From positions 3,296,001-3,360,000 of the forward strand of contig OY970067.1 in the NCBI GenBank assembly GCA_963705305.1: a stretch of DNA of 64,000 nucleotides, in the 5' to 3' direction. This DNA is from an uncultured Methylomirabilota bacterium (GTDB taxonomy: Bacteria > Methylomirabilota > Methylomirabilia > Methylomirabilales > 2-02-FULL-66-22). Position numbers and translations under genes: made by a program. The stretch's first letter is position 1. Each line of letters opens with the position of its first letter. Positions 1 to 10,293 of this stretch are shown one piece after another. Under the pieces are notes generated by a model. The model saw only the letters and a program-made list of their open reading frames with translations, made no database searches and was not told where the DNA came from.

Positions 1-1
1 G

Positions 2-190
2 GAGCCGGAACGAGCCTTCCTGGATCGCCTGATCGAAGCAGGGGAGGTGGAGGCCAGCCTTCTCACCGAGAATCCGGTCCTCCAGAGTCGCATCGCCGCC
101 CAGCCAATGCTCCGCTGGAAGGCGATGCACGTGCGGCGATTTCGCGGCTTGCCGCCTCTCGAAATGGAAAGGGATGATGAACCTGTCTGA
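2..190 (+). CDS. C-terminal fragment of a probable AbiEii/AbiGii-family nucleotidyltransferase toxin (5' truncated by window edge)
   Basis: Manual translation from base 2: [46 protein letters not shown]...EPV*; the E.xFL..L..GE....LL......I...P.L.WK pattern matches AbiEii C-termini as I recall them; stop TGA 188-190 overlaps the next gene. Confidence 0.5.
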   Translation, partial: EPERAFLDRLIEAGEVEASLLTENPVLQSRIAAQPMLRWKAMHVRRFRGLPPLEMERDDEPV

Positions 191-1103
191 CCGATATCGC
201 GGCGCGTTGCTCGGGCTTGCTGTTGGCGATGCCCTTGGGACGACTGTCGAATTTGAACGCCCGGGGTCCTTTGTTCCTCTCACCGACATGGTGGGGGGCG
301 GGAAGTTCGAGCTGCGGCCCGGCGAATGGACAGATGACACCTCCATGGCCCTCTGCCTGGCTGAGAGTCTGATCGAATGCCAGGACTTTGATCCCGTGGA
401 TCAACTCACCCGCTATCGCCGGTGGTGGCGGGAAGGGCACCTGAGCAGCACCGGGGTCTGCTTTGACATCGGGACGACCACCCGGGCGGCCCTGGCCGCG
501 TTCGAGGAGACCCACGACCCGTACCCCGGCCCTGATGATCCTCGATCTGCCGGCAACGGCTCCCTGATGCGCCTGGCGCCTATCCCGCTCTTCTTCCGCA
601 CCGAACCGCTCATGGCCATCGAGAAGGCGGCCCTGAGTTCCCGGACCACCCACGGGGCCAGGGAGGCGATGGACGCTTGCCGGTACTTCGCCGGTCTGAT
701 CCTGGGCGCACTCGGCGGCTGCCCCAAGGCAGAACTCCTCACGCCGCTCTTCAGCCCCATCCCCAACCTCTGGATCAAGTCGCCCCTGGCCCCCAAGATC
801 GCCACCGTGGCTGCTGGGAGCTTCAAGCAGAAAGACCCCCCCGCCATCCGAGGCACCGGCTACGTGGTTGATTGCCTGGAGGCTGCCCTCTGGGCCTTCC
901 ACAAGAGCGACTCCTTTCGCGACGGCGTCCTCCTGGCCGTGAACCTCGGTGACGATGCTGACACGACCGGCGCCGTCTATGGCCAGTTCGCCGGCGCGTA
1001 CTACGGAGTCCAGGGCATCCCGCCCGAGTGGCTCGCCAAGCTGGCCCACCGCGAACTGATCGGGCAGTACGCCGACCGCCTCTACCACCTCTCGCAGGAG
1101 TAG
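174..1103 (+). CDS. ADP-ribosylglycohydrolase (DraG/ARH family)
   Basis: [26 protein letters not shown] and [13 protein letters not shown] motifs. Confidence 0.92.
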   Translation: MMNLSDRYRGALLGLAVGDALGTTVEFERPGSFVPLTDMVGGGKFELRPGEWTDDTSMALCLAESLIECQDFDPVDQLTRYRRWWREGHLSSTGVCFDIGTTTRAALAAFEETHDPYPGPDDPRSAGNGSLMRLAPIPLFFRTEPLMAIEKAALSSRTTHGAREAMDACRYFAGLILGALGGCPKAELLTPLFSPIPNLWIKSPLAPKIATVAAGSFKQKDPPAIRGTGYVVDCLEAALWAFHKSDSFRDGVLLAVNLGDDADTTGAVYGQFAGAYYGVQGIPPEWLAKLAHRELIGQYADRLYHLSQE

Positions 1104-1469
1104 TTCCACTGTGCTGTTCAGCTCGGGGGCGACCGCAGCGACGCTGGCGGCCATGTTCGACCTGCCGACCCTCCGCCCTGGGCACCGCACTACACCGACT
1201 ACACCATACTGCCATCTGAGGGCTTGCCACTGACGCAAGAGAGGCTGGATGTTCCCGGGCGGCGGCCATCGCTGGGGCATGCCGGAAGGCCTACGGCAAG
1301 GCGATGGAGCCGCCGCCTGACGGGAGCACCCTCACGAGCCGTTTTCAAGGCGCTCTTGGGTTCGCCCCGGGATGCGCTGGCCAGCGTGGGGGCCGGGCGG
1401 GAGTCCTCCAAAACGGCCCGACAAAAATCCGTGACCGCTCGTGGAGCTTCTTGATCTTGATGAGAATGG

Positions 1470-2027
1470 TCATCGCGCCCGGCGCGTCTCGGCCGAACGG
1501 TATTCGGAGATCAACCCCTGGCCCGCAAAGCTGTAATGATCGCGGAGCCCCAGGATCAGGTGGTCCAGAAGCGGCACGGCGAGAAGCTCCCCGGCAGCCA
1601 CAAGCCGCTCGGTGAGCCGGCGGTCCTCCGCACTGGGCGTGCCACGGCCCGAGGGATGATTGTGGATCAGGAGGACGGCGGCCGCGCTGGCCAGGAGTGC
1701 TGTCCGGAAGATCTCGGAGGGGGACACGGGTGCCTCCGTGAGGCCACCACGCCCCACTTGATAGATACCAAGGACCTCATTCACAGCATTGAGGGCAACG
1801 ACCCAGGCCTCCTCGTGAGGCAGATCGCGCAGCCAGTCACAGAGCGTGGCCGCGTCTCCCGAGTTGGTGATCCTCGTCGGGGCGTTACGCAGGTCCGGGC
1901 GGCTCCGGTAGGTGAGGGCAATCTCCCGGACCCCCGGCACCACAATGACTCGAGCGCGCCGGGTGGGCGCCGGGCGAGGGTTGGCCCATGTGGCATCGAA
2001 CAGGCTGGGTTGTGGCGTGTCCCGCAT
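1470..2027 (-). CDS. radC: RadC-like JAB domain protein
   Basis: HEEAWVV ... HNHPSG..PS.ED ... LLDHLI JAB/MPN motif; short MGE-type form. Confidence 0.88.
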   Translation of the reverse strand: MRDTPQPSLFDATWANPRPAPTRRARVIVVPGVREIALTYRSRPDLRNAPTRITNSGDAATLCDWLRDLPHEEAWVVALNAVNEVLGIYQVGRGGLTEAPVSPSEIFRTALLASAAAVLLIHNHPSGRGTPSAEDRRLTERLVAAGELLAVPLLDHLILGLRDHYSFAGQGLISEYRSAETRRAR

Positions 2028-2336
2028 AACGGCTGTCCTCTGAGCTCCGTGTTGCCTCGGATTGGCGATCGTGACTTACCAACCGGGGGACCTCGGTGTA
2101 TGCGGCGGGCAGTCCTCCGACTGTCAGGTGGAGGAATGATGCGCCGGCGGTGCGGAGGATCTGATCGGGAAGAGGGCCGGCCCCCGGACTCGGCCACAGG
2201 ATGGTGGTCGAGCCGGGGCCGGGGTCTGACATGCACCGGCTGGGGGACGCCAGCCTTCGGGGTGCACCAAGGAAAGGCGGGATTCAATTTCCGGGGATTG
2301 TCACTGCCACTGAACTCGCCTGGACTCCCGGCGTCA

Positions 2337-3029
2337 TTATCGTTCTGACCGCCGCTGCCCGGCAGCCTGCGTCGCCCAGGCCACCGCCTGTGCCGCCAGT
2401 GCATCGGCCCGGCGGTTCTCCTGGACCCAGTCGCTCAACCCCAGTCGATCGGCTTGATGGCCTCGCTGGTGGTGAACGCTGATGCACATGTTCGCCTTCT
2501 GGATCCGGCCCAGCACCTGGGCCACGATGGCCGCGACGATCGGGTCCTTGACTCGCCACCGCCCCATGAGCCACGCCCCAACGCCCTCGTAGTCGTGCAC
2601 GATGGTCAGGCGCGTGTTCGGCTGGACTCGCTGGACGGCCACGTACGCGGCGGCGAGCTCGCAGGCGATGTTCCGGATCGCCGCTAGCATCTCATCGGCG
2701 CTGAGGTGCCGGCCGTCCTCCAGCGTGAGCCCGTCTGGGTATACCTCCGCCAGGGTTGTGCTGATCTCCTTGCGCGCGGTCTCACCCTGCGCCGTTCGGT
2801 GTACGAGCACCACGCCGACGCCCCCGCGGTGGTTTCCGTCAACGAAGGCGAAGGTTCCCGGCGGCATCCGGTCAGGCGTCCTGTGGAGAATAGCCTGGGC
2901 CATGTCGTGGCTGCTGACCTTCTGGAACGTGGCGCCCGACACCCCGGTCACTTTGGCGCGGCACTCGTCCCAGGTCGTGTAGATCCCCTTGATCGTGTCC
3001 GGCGCGAGAATGACGTATACGGGCGGCAT
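2337..3029 (-). CDS. Ribonuclease H1 with N-terminal caulimovirus viroplasmin (hybrid-binding) domain
   Basis: GIYTTWDECRAKVTGVSGATFQK N-domain; catalytic acidic set FVDG, NIACEL, HDYEG, NRRAD; AAGGAG upstream of ATG 3029. Confidence 0.8.
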   Translation of the reverse strand: MPPVYVILAPDTIKGIYTTWDECRAKVTGVSGATFQKVSSHDMAQAILHRTPDRMPPGTFAFVDGNHRGGVGVVLVHRTAQGETARKEISTTLAEVYPDGLTLEDGRHLSADEMLAAIRNIACELAAAYVAVQRVQPNTRLTIVHDYEGVGAWLMGRWRVKDPIVAAIVAQVLGRIQKANMCISVHHQRGHQADRLGLSDWVQENRRADALAAQAVAWATQAAGQRRSER

Positions 3030-4430
3030 AACGGACTCCTTCTTCCTGGTGGGCACTGCTCGCTCTCGGTGCGCTGCGGAACCGGTGGAAATCCTGTCCG
3101 CAGTCCCCAGATTCACTGGACCCGCACGAGAAGAGCCGACCGGGGGCACGGTCGGCTCTTCCAGGGGGTGGGCGGCCTAGGCGGCCTTGTTCGAGGTGGG
3201 GGCCGGCGCGGGGGGCGTCGCCGGACGGCGAGGGGTGTGAACCGGGTGCTGGCGGATGCGGCGCGTTCGGGGAGAAGCGTGAGACCCGGTGCCGAACACG
3301 AAGCCGCGATACTCGTTGGCCATGACCTGCTCTCCTCCTGCGACGCGGTCTCTCTGGAGACCTGCGATGCGCCAAAGACAGCGGGAATCGCATCCGCCGG
3401 AGGCGGTTCGGAGAAGTCACGTCACGAATGCTGAAAGTCACGGCGGAAGGAGTGCGAGGGGGGAAAGAAGGGGCCTCACGCTTGCGAGCTCTATCGGTCA
3501 CGCTCCGCTGCTGGGGGTTCTGGGAGTCACAGGAGTAGTAGGACCGACCGAGCCATATGGCCCGAAGGCCATGTTCCCTGTTCCGATTCCATCATTGGCG
3601 GGGACTCACGAAGACCGGAGGACCTTCTCGCAGTTCGTCCCGGGGCCGCGGATAGTCGCGCAGTCGGGCTCGGGCCTCCAGCGCCTTTGCAGCACACAGA
3701 GGTCATGGTTGTCTTTCCTCCAGTGACGCGCTCGTACTGCGAGACTTGCAATATGCCATAGGCCGAGGGGGCCTTATGGCGTCGCACCGCTCGAGAGCAG
3801 CGGGATGAAGAGGGAAGTTTGTTGGGGTGGCCACCGCCGGCATGAATGGGGCACGAATCCCCGGGGGCGTGGATCCCGGCTACTCGGTCCGCGAGGACAC
3901 AGTAGGACTCGTGGGCGCCGGGAAATCCACAGGGGTCGACGGACCGGGCGGGCCGGCGTCGATCGGGGCGATGTCCGGCCCGATCGGCGGGCTCGGCAGG
4001 GAAACGGGCGGACGGGACTCGGAGCCGAGCGGCACCTCGATCGGTGTCTCAGGCTTGGCCAGATCGGCCGCGATCTGGGCGCCGCCGGCAACCAACGGCT
4101 TCGCCGGGTTGAGGAGGTACAGGATGCCGAGAATAATCGGCAGGGGATTTATGGTTTGCTCCTTCTGGGTGGCTCGTGTTCTCGCACGGGACGGATCATG
4201 GAGGCATCCGGGACATCGCATCACCAGGTGGTCTCGCAGGAGTGCCGTGTCGCCCTGGTCGCTCACGCACGCTCAGCTTCACGCTGCCCGCTCGGCGACC
4301 GGGAGGATGAACGGAGCATGGGAGTGGAGCAGTCACGGGCAGGAGCGATCAGATGGCAGCCGGTGCTGGACATCGCACACGAAACGCCAGGGGAGATTCC
4401 CTGGCGTTTCGATGAGGGGTGAGGAGCGGG

Positions 4431-4844
4431 TCAGAAGGGGACCTCGTCTTCCGCGGGGGCGGCCTGGCCTCCGGCCTCCTCGGCTTCCGGCGCGGGCTGC
4501 CCCTTGTAGCCGTTGCCGCCGACGAACTGCACGCGCTCGGCGACGATCTCCACCTTGGTGCGCTTCTGACCCTCCGGGGTCTCCCAGCTCCGCTGCTGCA
4601 AGTGACCCTCGACGAGGGCCTGCCGGCCCTTGACCAGGTACTGGCCGCAACTTTCCGCCTGCTTCCCCCACACGACGATCGTCATGAAGCAGACCTCGTC
4701 CTTCTTCTGGCCCCCCTGCGTGGTGTACGACCGGTTGAGCGCCAGGTCGAAGTTGCACACAGGGGATCCGCTCGGCGTGTAGCGAAGCTCGGGATCGCGG
4801 GTGAGGTTACCAAGGCCGATGAACTTGTTGAACGAGCCGCTCAT
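4431..4844 (-). CDS. ssb: Single-stranded DNA-binding protein
   Basis: GNLTRDPELRYTPSG, WGKQAE, VEGHLQQRSWE, acidic tail DEVPF. Confidence 0.95.
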   Translation of the reverse strand: MSGSFNKFIGLGNLTRDPELRYTPSGSPVCNFDLALNRSYTTQGGQKKDEVCFMTIVVWGKQAESCGQYLVKGRQALVEGHLQQRSWETPEGQKRTKVEIVAERVQFVGGNGYKGQPAPEAEEAGGQAAPAEDEVPF

Positions 4845-6354
4845 GTGTCTCTCCTTCCTCGTGGGGCCCTCTATCGAGAGGGCGGTTGTGGGACCGACTC
4901 CGGAGTGGAGCCGTTGCGCACAGGGGCGTTGGGGGACTTCATCGCCATCGGTGGTTTTGGCTTTTCCGCCGGCTGGGCTGGAGCGAGCGTGACGGACTCC
5001 TCACCGGCTTCCACCGCGAAAAGGGTGGCCCATTCGCCGGTCGCTCCGGATTCATCCAGCTGCCCTCGGACGCCTTCACTCCAATCGGCCCGGAGGGCGG
5101 CCTTCAGGGAGTTCGTGTCTGGCAAGGGCAAGAACCGATTCCAGAAGTGCTTGGGGGCCGGGGCGGCAGACCACCCGGGCCTCCACCGCGTGCACGCGAG
5201 CCAACCCAGGGGTCTTGTCGGACCCTCTGAACGGAACGCGCAGACGGGTGGCCGCATACCGGCCGGATCAGCGGCAGCGGGCTCTCTCGGGGACCGGTCT
5301 CGGTGCGGGCGCTTCCCTGGCCCTGGTCGGCAAGCCATTCCGCGGCAATCATGGAGTGGGAGAGATTACCGTACCGTCGGGCCGCCAGGGGCGACTTCTC
5401 CAGACTCAGCAGGTAAACCACATCATCTCGTTCGATCGCCTCGCAGGTCGGATCCTCGTCCCTCTTCCTCGCCATGATTACGATGCCGAACCGCGCGAGC
5501 TCCGCGCTTCCTTTCGGACAATCGAGCGCCCAACGCAGCTGACCGAGTCGGCGCGATCCCGTCTCCCACTGGTCGAAGGCGGGATGCAGGCGGACGCACG
5601 TGGCCACGGGGCGGCCCAGGATGAACACGGCCTCCGGCTCAAGCCGGGTCGGCATGAACGCCAGTGCGGGCACCAGTGCTCCCGGGTGCAGGGGATCGGG
5701 GCTGCCATCGTCCGCTCCTTTCTGGGGCTGAGTGATGCGCCCGAGCGAGCAGGAAATCCCGTAGTCCGGCCTCGCCAGCCCAGAGGTGATCGCAAGGCCC
5801 GCGGCGCCTGAGGGATCACCGGAAGCTCGCCGGAGGCTGTTCCGCGAGGGCCCGTTATCCCTCGCAAGGCGGCGACACAGTGTGAGCCGCCTGGGACTCT
5901 GGGCGACTCATTGGATGCTCGGCCACGTTGTCGATCACGCAGCCGTTCCGGCCGGAGAGGATGTCCAGCTCGACGAGAACGTCACCCACCTCGTCAACGC
6001 CGTCGGTGGCAACCGGAAACGCTTTCGAGAAGGCGGCGCCATCGCGGGCAGGCGTCCGGAGGGAGTGCCTGAGCGCCTAGAGCGTTCGCATCGTCGTCGT
6101 CGCTGCCGCCCTGGCTGAGCGCGCTGGTGTCGTGGATGCATCAGGCCGCTGGATATACCAGGGGCGATGGGAGATGTGATGGTCTGCGCACAGGGCGCGG
6201 CCGCCGGACGGAGGTCCTGCTCCCAGGTGTGAGGTCAGCTCCGCACTCGGGCCGCCTTGCAGCCCCGGAACCGACCCGGACGGTCCGTGAGCCATCGGGT
6301 CGATCTGGAGGCAGGGGCGAAGGAGAGCGAGTTAAACGCGTGAGGCGGTGCGGC

Positions 6355-6666
6355 TCAGGACTCCGACTTCGGATCCACGAGCAGGCGGCAGAGTGCCGCG
6401 CAGGTGTAACCGCATGGGATCCGCCTGCCGGTGTCCTCGACGATGCCGGCAGCGATCAGCGCCTCCAGGATGTCTGCATTCTCCGACCAGGTCTTGACCG
6501 CCACGTGGCCCTCCGGGACGGGGGTGGTCGGATTGATGGTAGCGGTGGCAACGGGGCAGCCATCCTCCGCATCCCGGAGCTCGATGGCGACTCCGCCGCC
6601 CTGGCGGTACCTGTGGAACGTGGGAACGCAGGTCCACTCGTGGAACGTGACGGTTGGGAGCGGCAT
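6355..6666 (-). CDS. DUF4313-like small protein of mobile elements
   Basis: AIEL...GCPVATATIN...VKTWSENADILEAL..AGIVEDTG...GY pattern; GGAGG RBS upstream. Confidence 0.5.
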   Translation of the reverse strand: MPLPTVTFHEWTCVPTFHRYRQGGGVAIELRDAEDGCPVATATINPTTPVPEGHVAVKTWSENADILEALIAAGIVEDTGRRIPCGYTCAALCRLLVDPKSES

Positions 6667-6997
6667 CGTGCACCTCCAAGGGTGATGGGTTGTTGACCGC
6701 GCTGGCCGGATCGTCCGGCTTGCGTCGAGGACAGGGGGGCATTGGATCATGTGGAGCCCACGGGCGGAGGGAGTGGAGGGACCGCCATCCTTCCATGGGC
6801 TCCGGCAGGATCGGGCAGCCGGTGATGTCTTGCCTCAAGTGCTGGCGCGCCGCGCGTCTCAGACCCGCCGCGGTCCGTGTTCCCTGGCGGGAACCGGCGC
6901 AGTTCTCTGCTCTGGCAGGCCCGGGGGGATCGTGGGAATGTCCCCGGGCGAGCGCGGCAATGAGGGGAGGCGCTACACCTTCGAGCGGGGATTCCTA

Positions 6998-8041
6998 ATG
7001 ACCGACAACGGGCTGGGCTACGCAGTGGGAGGTGAGCGCGATGTCCGGGTCCGGGCAGTGGCGGGAACCCATCGAGTGGAGCTCGTCCTCCTCCAATTGG
7101 AGAGGTGGTTGCGGCGGACCCGGGGTGTTGGACGCACCCTCCGGCTGCATTACCAGCAGCGCGACGATCGGTATGTCTGGCGGCACCGGGTCCGGGATGT
7201 CGCGGGGGAGCAGCGGCTCCTTCGGCTGGGTGAGGAGCCCCGGACGTTGTACCGCTGGCGGGATGTTGGCCGGCGGGTGCCGGAGGAACTGTGTGCGGAG
7301 TTGTGGGTCCACACCCGGAGCCGGGTTCTTGGCATTGAACGCCAACTGGACATGCGGCAGGACGGTCGGGCCGTGCTGAAGCTTGTGAGTTGGCTGCTGG
7401 GGAACGGTCTTCGCTGGGAGGCGGATGTGGTGGAGATGGTCTGGGAGGGTGAGGCCCACAGCGGGCGCGTGCACTGGACCTTTCGGCTCGACGGACGCCT
7501 CCAGCGACACGGGAATCGGCAGACGCCGGACCTTCCGGCAGGGAAATATGGGCGCGACAGCGAGGAACAGGTTGCCGCCATCGATCTGCAGGCCCGGTGG
7601 GGTCTCTATACCGAGAACGTCCATCGCGGTCTCGTGGTTCCGCTCACGGACCTCGACCGGCGGCTGGGGGAGCTAGACCATCTGCTGCGCGAGCAGCGAT
7701 CGGCCGTACGACTCTACCAGCATCGACGGCTGGACACCTGGGCGTTCCGACGGGTCCAGTGGCAATCCGGAACGACATACCAGCCGATCCGCGACCTCGA
7801 CTCCGTGTTCCAAAAGCTGGACCTCTCACCGCAGCAACGCGGCAACCTCGAGGAGGCTCGGACATTGCTGCAGCAGCGGTACAAGGTGCGGCGTCTCCTC
7901 CGGCTCGTCGCAGAGCTGACCGAGGCGGGCATCCGCTGGCCGGGAGGGACCTGGAAGGTGCGGGGGTATGAGCCAGCGGGAGCGACTGTCTGGCACGTCT
8001 CATCGACAGCCAGCGGTACTGTGGGTCGATGCTATGCGTGA
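6998..8041 (+). CDS. Hypothetical Arg/Trp-rich protein with an internal two-fold repeat
   Basis: Long ORF with protein-like composition; VLKLVSWLLGNGLRW versus LLRLVAELTEAGIRW repeated halves. Confidence 0.6.
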   Translation: MTDNGLGYAVGGERDVRVRAVAGTHRVELVLLQLERWLRRTRGVGRTLRLHYQQRDDRYVWRHRVRDVAGEQRLLRLGEEPRTLYRWRDVGRRVPEELCAELWVHTRSRVLGIERQLDMRQDGRAVLKLVSWLLGNGLRWEADVVEMVWEGEAHSGRVHWTFRLDGRLQRHGNRQTPDLPAGKYGRDSEEQVAAIDLQARWGLYTENVHRGLVVPLTDLDRRLGELDHLLREQRSAVRLYQHRRLDTWAFRRVQWQSGTTYQPIRDLDSVFQKLDLSPQQRGNLEEARTLLQQRYKVRRLLRLVAELTEAGIRWPGGTWKVRGYEPAGATVWHVSSTASGTVGRCYA

Positions 8042-8135
8042 CACAAATCTGCGTAGAGATGCACTTGGAGCGTGGCAAACGGGGCCGAGCCGCCGGGAGG
8101 CGACAAGGGTGTCGGGAGGAGCAGTGTATACTAGA

Positions 8136-8584
8136 GGTGGAATCGATCGCGGCATTTGTCATCCCACCAGACAGCAAGTCCGGCTAGTTACCACACCGCC
8201 GCACAGAGTCGTTAACCGCCCGTCGTTAACCGCCGCGGCTTCCCCCACTGCAAATCCGCTCAGTTCCGTTCTCTCCCGGCCCGCATTGGCAAGGGGGTGG
8301 AATCGACCGCCCTTCCGGCCGGGGCCATTGTGGGCTCGCGTCGATAACCGTCCGGTTAACGACGTATGCCATGGCGTGGCCTCCGGCCGTCAGGTGTACC
8401 AGGGTGGAATCGACCGCCGCCCCCGCTTCCCTCATACGTTTCGGCAGGGCCAACTCCTGCCCCAAATCAACACGCCGTGTTGGATAGCCCGAAAGGAGGT
8501 AACCAGCCGCCAACCCGGAGCAAAACCGGAAATGTGCATGTCGAAAGATAACATCGGGTCACCAAAGACCAACATCGGATCACC
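8136..8584. repeat. Repeat-rich non-coding spacer (candidate origin/iteron or centromere region)
   Basis: GGTGGAATCGA x3 (8136, 8296, 8403); GTCGTTAACCGCC x2 (8208, 8222) plus an inverted copy (8353-8364); AACATCGGRTCACC x2 (8550, 8571). Confidence 0.65.
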
Positions 8585-8706
8585 GAATCGTCAGGAACGA
8601 CAATTTTTACCTCAAGTTGGCTCCTGGAAGTGCCGATACCCCTCCGCGAATCCGCGGGGGTCTGGTCCATGGCGAGAGCCTTCCGGAGTCCAAAGGGAGA
8701 GCGACG

Positions 8707-9732
8707 ATGCGCATCGGCTGTGACATTGGCCGGTCGGGGATCAAGGCGAGCACCCTGACCGAACGGTTGCTGGGCTTGCCGGTCATCGTCGAACTGTCCG
8801 GCGATCAGGAGTTGCGCGGCCGCGGCACTGCCGACCGAATCTCTCGGAGCAACGGGACACTCCACCTGGAAGCCTGGCGGATCGGGTACGACGGGCGGGA
8901 GTGGCTCGTCGGGGAGCGGGTCGAGGCCCTGGGGCTTCCCGGGCGGTACGCCATGACGGTGAGTAAAGCGGACGCGTTCACGCGTCTCATGATCCTCGCC
9001 GCTGTGACGGCCCTCTGCGAGGCCACCGCCGTCGAGGTCTGCATCGGGCTGCCGCACCACCAGTTCGACGAGGAAGGGCAAGTAATGCGCGAACTCCTCC
9101 GTGGGGAACACACGGTGCGGGTGCAGGGAAAGGAGCGCCCGGTGAGGCTCCTGGGGGTCGTGGTCCCCGAGGGGATCGGGATCTGGGTCCGCTCCCTCTT
9201 TCGTGAGGGAGCCACCGAGCCCGACCGCCGCCTGATCCCGCAGATGACCGTTGTCTTGGACTTCGGGCACCGGACCATCCAGTGCTGCATTCTCACCTCA
9301 CTCCGGGTGGTGCGGAATCCTTACGTGTCGGCCCACGGCGCCTACGAGGTCTGGGAGGGTGCCCTAATGAAGCTCCTGGAGGGGCGGGGCGGCACCGTCT
9401 ATGAGTCCCCCCAGCGCGCCGCGATGATGACCAGACTCCTGCGGGACGGCGTGCTCGCCGTGCGCGACCGGCGGATCACCCTGGAGGGGGTGCAGCCCCT
9501 CTTGACTGGCGAGGCCGAGCGGATCTGGCCCCGCGTGAAGGAGGAGATTAGCCGCGTCCTGGAGGGTGTTCCCTTTGAGCGCGTGGTCGCGGGCGGCGGC
9601 GGGGTGCACGTCTATGGGCCGTTCCTCCGGGAGTTCTTTCAAGACAACCTCGTCATCCTGGAGGATCGCTTCGCCCAAGCCGAAGGCTGCCGCCTCTTCC
9701 TCGAACACTACCAGACCCTGAAGGCCGCCTGA
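8707..9732 (+). CDS. ParM/StbA-family actin-like ATPase
   Basis: Phosphate-1 GCDIGRSGIK, connect VPEG, phosphate-2 VLDFGHRT, adenosine VAGGGG. Confidence 0.82.
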   Translation: MRIGCDIGRSGIKASTLTERLLGLPVIVELSGDQELRGRGTADRISRSNGTLHLEAWRIGYDGREWLVGERVEALGLPGRYAMTVSKADAFTRLMILAAVTALCEATAVEVCIGLPHHQFDEEGQVMRELLRGEHTVRVQGKERPVRLLGVVVPEGIGIWVRSLFREGATEPDRRLIPQMTVVLDFGHRTIQCCILTSLRVVRNPYVSAHGAYEVWEGALMKLLEGRGGTVYESPQRAAMMTRLLRDGVLAVRDRRITLEGVQPLLTGEAERIWPRVKEEISRVLEGVPFERVVAGGGGVHVYGPFLREFFQDNLVILEDRFAQAEGCRLFLEHYQTLKAA

Positions 9733-10262
9733 TGCCTCGACCTGCCTACCGCCGGGGCCGCGGCCTGCGCCAACATTCCTTCCGGGTGTCCGACGAGGTC
9801 ATCGCCTTGCTCCGGGCCGAGGCGGAGCGCCGCCACGTGTGGGTGAGTGCGCTCGTCGAGCACCTCGTCCTCCAGGCACTCAAGCCGGCGGCGGGCGGGG
9901 CCGTTCGCATCACCGTCGAAGCCGCCGGGTCGGGGAATCCATCCCCCGTGCGGCACTGGTGCCGCATCGCGATCGAGGCCCCCGTGTGGGAGGGGTTGCT
10001 GCGCGAGGCGAGCCGGCGTGGGATGTCCATTCCCCAACTGATCCAGCAGCACCTTGGGGTGGTCGGAAGCGCGGAATCTCCGGTCTCCGACCGGGCCCCG
10101 ACGGCGGGAATCCGCTCGGTCGGGCCGAGCATCTCTCGGGCTTCGGGGGCGCGCGTGGCTAAGGATCCATCGCGGGTGGAGCGCGGGCAACCACGCGCGG
10201 AGTCTATCTCTGCGGACACCGAGCTGCCCATGAAACCGCTACCGATATTCGAGCTGACATAA
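9732..10262 (+). CDS. Putative ParR-like adaptor with two ribbon-helix-helix-like units
   Basis: Translationally coupled to ParM (TGATG); HSFRVSDEVIALLRAEAERRHVWVSALVEHL and RIAIEAPVWEGLLREASRRGMSIPQLIQQHL. Confidence 0.55.
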   Translation: MPRPAYRRGRGLRQHSFRVSDEVIALLRAEAERRHVWVSALVEHLVLQALKPAAGGAVRITVEAAGSGNPSPVRHWCRIAIEAPVWEGLLREASRRGMSIPQLIQQHLGVVGSAESPVSDRAPTAGIRSVGPSISRASGARVAKDPSRVERGQPRAESISADTELPMKPLPIFELT

Positions 10263-10293
10263 CCCCTGTGGGACCATTGAGGGAGCTCCTCCG

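Noticed and set aside
3880..4266. Pro-rich minus-strand ORF with a hydrophobic N-terminal stretch
   Set aside because: The best RBS precedes ATA rather than ATG and there is no recognisable family; too weak to call
3431..6780. Loose CACGG(G)CGGA(G)GGAGTG-like motif recurring near 3437, 4332 and 6757
   Set aside because: Too short and degenerate in GC-rich DNA to distinguish from chance by eye
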